44,356 nucleotides of DNA, taken from the sequence record QB031381.1. One strand, written 5' to 3'. This DNA comes from a phage. The position numbers were made by a program, and so were the translations under genes. The notes under the pieces are model-generated. The model worked only from the letters and a program-made list of their open reading frames with translations, did not search any database and was not told where the DNA came from. Shown piece after piece: positions 42,776 to 44,356 of the stretch (position 1 is its first letter; the number at the start of each line of letters is the position of its first letter).

Positions 42776-44356
42776 ATGGCAGATCAGGCTGCGGGCATCA
42801 CGCTCAAGGCGGACGTCGCGCAAATTAAAACGGCCAATACTGTGCTGGACACATTTGCGCAGAAATCCGAGAACACAGAACAGAAAGTAAAGAAATTAAA
42901 CGACACACTCGGCAAGTCGAAAAAGGTCACTGGTGACGCCGCGGGCGGAATGGAAAAGTTAGCGACTGAATCGCAGCGCGCCGCCGACGGCATGACGAAA
43001 CAGGAGCGACTCGCCAGCCGATTAGGCATGTCGACCAAAAACCTGGGATTCGCATCGCGGAACGCCGCATTCCAGTTACAGGATATCGCGGTGACGCTTG
43101 AAATGGGTATGCCGGTGCATCGAGTCATGCTTCAGCAGTTACCACAGCTTACTGGGGCGTTTGGCGGGTTGGGGAATACGCTGCGTTATGTCGTCGGCAC
43201 ACTCGGCCCGTTAGGGATCGGCATCGCGGCATTAACGGCAACGATGGGCGTTGGCGTGTCGATTATGTCCCGCGCGGAAAACCAAGTGGCGGCGCTTAAC
43301 AAGACGCTGGCGCTGTCCGGTAATATCTCTGGCCTCACCGCTAACCAGATCCTGGTGCTATCCGAGAACGCCGAGCGGATGGGCGGATCATTCCGCAAGA
43401 CGCGTGACACAATTCAGTCACTGGCGGCGGCTGGTGTGAAAGCGGGTGCGGACTTCGGCGCACTGGCGAAAGTGGTGAATGACTTCTCTAAGGTGTCCAG
43501 CCAGCCGATCGAAGAAGTTGTCGCGGCGGTAGCGAAGCTGTCAACCGACCCGGTAGGCGGCTTGCGCGCACTGGCGGATAAGTATCACGTCGTAAACGAA
43601 GCGCAGATCCAGCAGGTGCAGTCTCTTGTTGATATGGGTCGCGAGACAGACGCAGTTGCGTTGGCTAACAAAACCGCCGCCGCGTCGTTTACCACTATGA
43701 CCAACGATATCAAGGCGAACATGGGCACGCTTGAGCGGTCTATGAACGTCGTCACATCGGCAGCTAAATCTATGTGGGACGCTATCCTGGATGTGGGCCG
43801 CGCGCAGTCCTCCAATGAGTCGGAGATGAAAGCGCGCGAATCACTCCAGCGCATGACAACGGCTTACTATGCCGAGATGAAAGCGGTAAACGCTGCCGGT
43901 GGGGTGATGACCGAAGCGCAGAAAGCTCGTATTAACATGCTTTACAGCGAACTGGTCGCCCAGGAGAAAGTAGTGGCGTCGCTTACCCTTCGTAACCGTG
44001 CGGAGCGAGACAACGCCCGCGCCGCAGACGAATCCGCAAAGGCGAACGAGGAGGCCAACCTCACAGCCCGCGACCGCGCTGCGTTCGAGAAGGAGTACGC
44101 AACCAATGCGAAGAAGCGCGCAGACGAGATCGCCCGCCTCAATTTGCTGAATAAGCGCGGCGTTATTGACGAGAAAGAGCTTGCTGAGGCGGTTAAGCAG
44201 GTAAACGAGCGTTACAAAGACCCGGCCCCGAAGAAGGCCGCGGCTGTTCGCGTGGATGCCGGTATGAAAATGCTGGAAGTCGCACGGAGCGAACTGGCCC
44301 AGCTTCGAGAATCCGGCAAGCAGATCGAAGCCAACGCATCGACGCAGACCCGCACG
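42776..44356 (+). CDS. Tail tape measure protein, N-terminal portion (3' partial; runs off the window end)
   Basis: ATG with AGGGGGA RBS; 527 codons without a stop to the window end; hydrophobic segment and long coiled-coil typical of tape measure proteins; absent from the ORF track because it has no stop. Confidence 0.75.
   Translation, partial: MADQAAGITLKADVAQIKTANTVLDTFAQKSENTEQKVKKLNDTLGKSKKVTGDAAGGMEKLATESQRAADGMTKQERLASRLGMSTKNLGFASRNAAFQLQDIAVTLEMGMPVHRVMLQQLPQLTGAFGGLGNTLRYVVGTLGPLGIGIAALTATMGVGVSIMSRAENQVAALNKTLALSGNISGLTANQILVLSENAERMGGSFRKTRDTIQSLAAAGVKAGADFGALAKVVNDFSKVSSQPIEEVVAAVAKLSTDPVGGLRALADKYHVVNEAQIQQVQSLVDMGRETDAVALANKTAAASFTTMTNDIKANMGTLERSMNVVTSAAKSMWDAILDVGRAQSSNESEMKARESLQRMTTAYYAEMKAVNAAGGVMTEAQKARINMLYSELVAQEKVVASLTLRNRAERDNARAADESAKANEEANLTARDRAAFEKEYATNAKKRADEIARLNLLNKRGVIDEKELAEAVKQVNERYKDPAPKKAAAVRVDAGMKMLEVARSELAQLRESGKQIEANASTQTRT

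Noticed and set aside
1-44356. Lysogeny module (integrase, CI-like repressor, attP) or toxin genes
   Set aside because: No ORF shows integrase or recombinase catalytic motifs or a repressor/Cro pair, so the phage is treated as probably virulent. This is not proven without a database search.

Overview
The window reads as a complete or near-complete genome of a tailed dsDNA phage (siphovirus-like, probably enterobacterial) of about 44.4 kb, opened inside the tape measure gene. The 3' end (42776..44356) and the 5' end (1..1062) are two in-phase halves of one tape measure ORF, so the contig looks circularly permuted. Modules in order: (i) lambda-like tail tip genes (M/L/K/I/J-like, 1099..7253) and a tail fibre with a C-terminal S74-type self-cleaving chaperone domain (8516..10339), with a small minus-strand cassette encoding a lipoprotein between them; (ii) a long minus-strand early/replication block (10367..22786) encoding a HAD phosphatase, an N6-adenine methyltransferase, a cytosine-C5 methyltransferase-like protein, an SNF2-type helicase, a VRR-NUC nuclease, a family A DNA polymerase, an SSB-like protein with a charged repeat tail and a Cas4-like PD-(D/E)xK exonuclease; (iii) a divergent control region (22790..23187) followed by an HTH protein and an AEP-type primase-helicase (23528..25792); (iv) small genes of unknown function, a holin/endolysin lysis cassette, an HTH-metallophosphoesterase, terminase small and large subunits, portal, head morphogenesis protein, overlapping spanins, scaffold, major capsid, neck and tail genes, and a G/G-T chaperone pair with a canonical -1 slippery site. 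No integrase or repressor module was seen, so the phage is probably virulent. The main unexplained signals are: a duplicated array of GCGGGACA iterons ending in a conserved 49-bp GC-rich palindrome at two loci 16.6 kb apart (25.9 kb and 42.4-42.7 kb); a recurring ATTGGTTGCA motif, at least 16 core copies almost all intergenic and overlapping sigma70-like promoters; and a minus-strand two-gene cassette with its own promoter and terminator inside the structural module (35649..36832). All functional calls come from reading motifs and gene order in the sequence; no database search was run.
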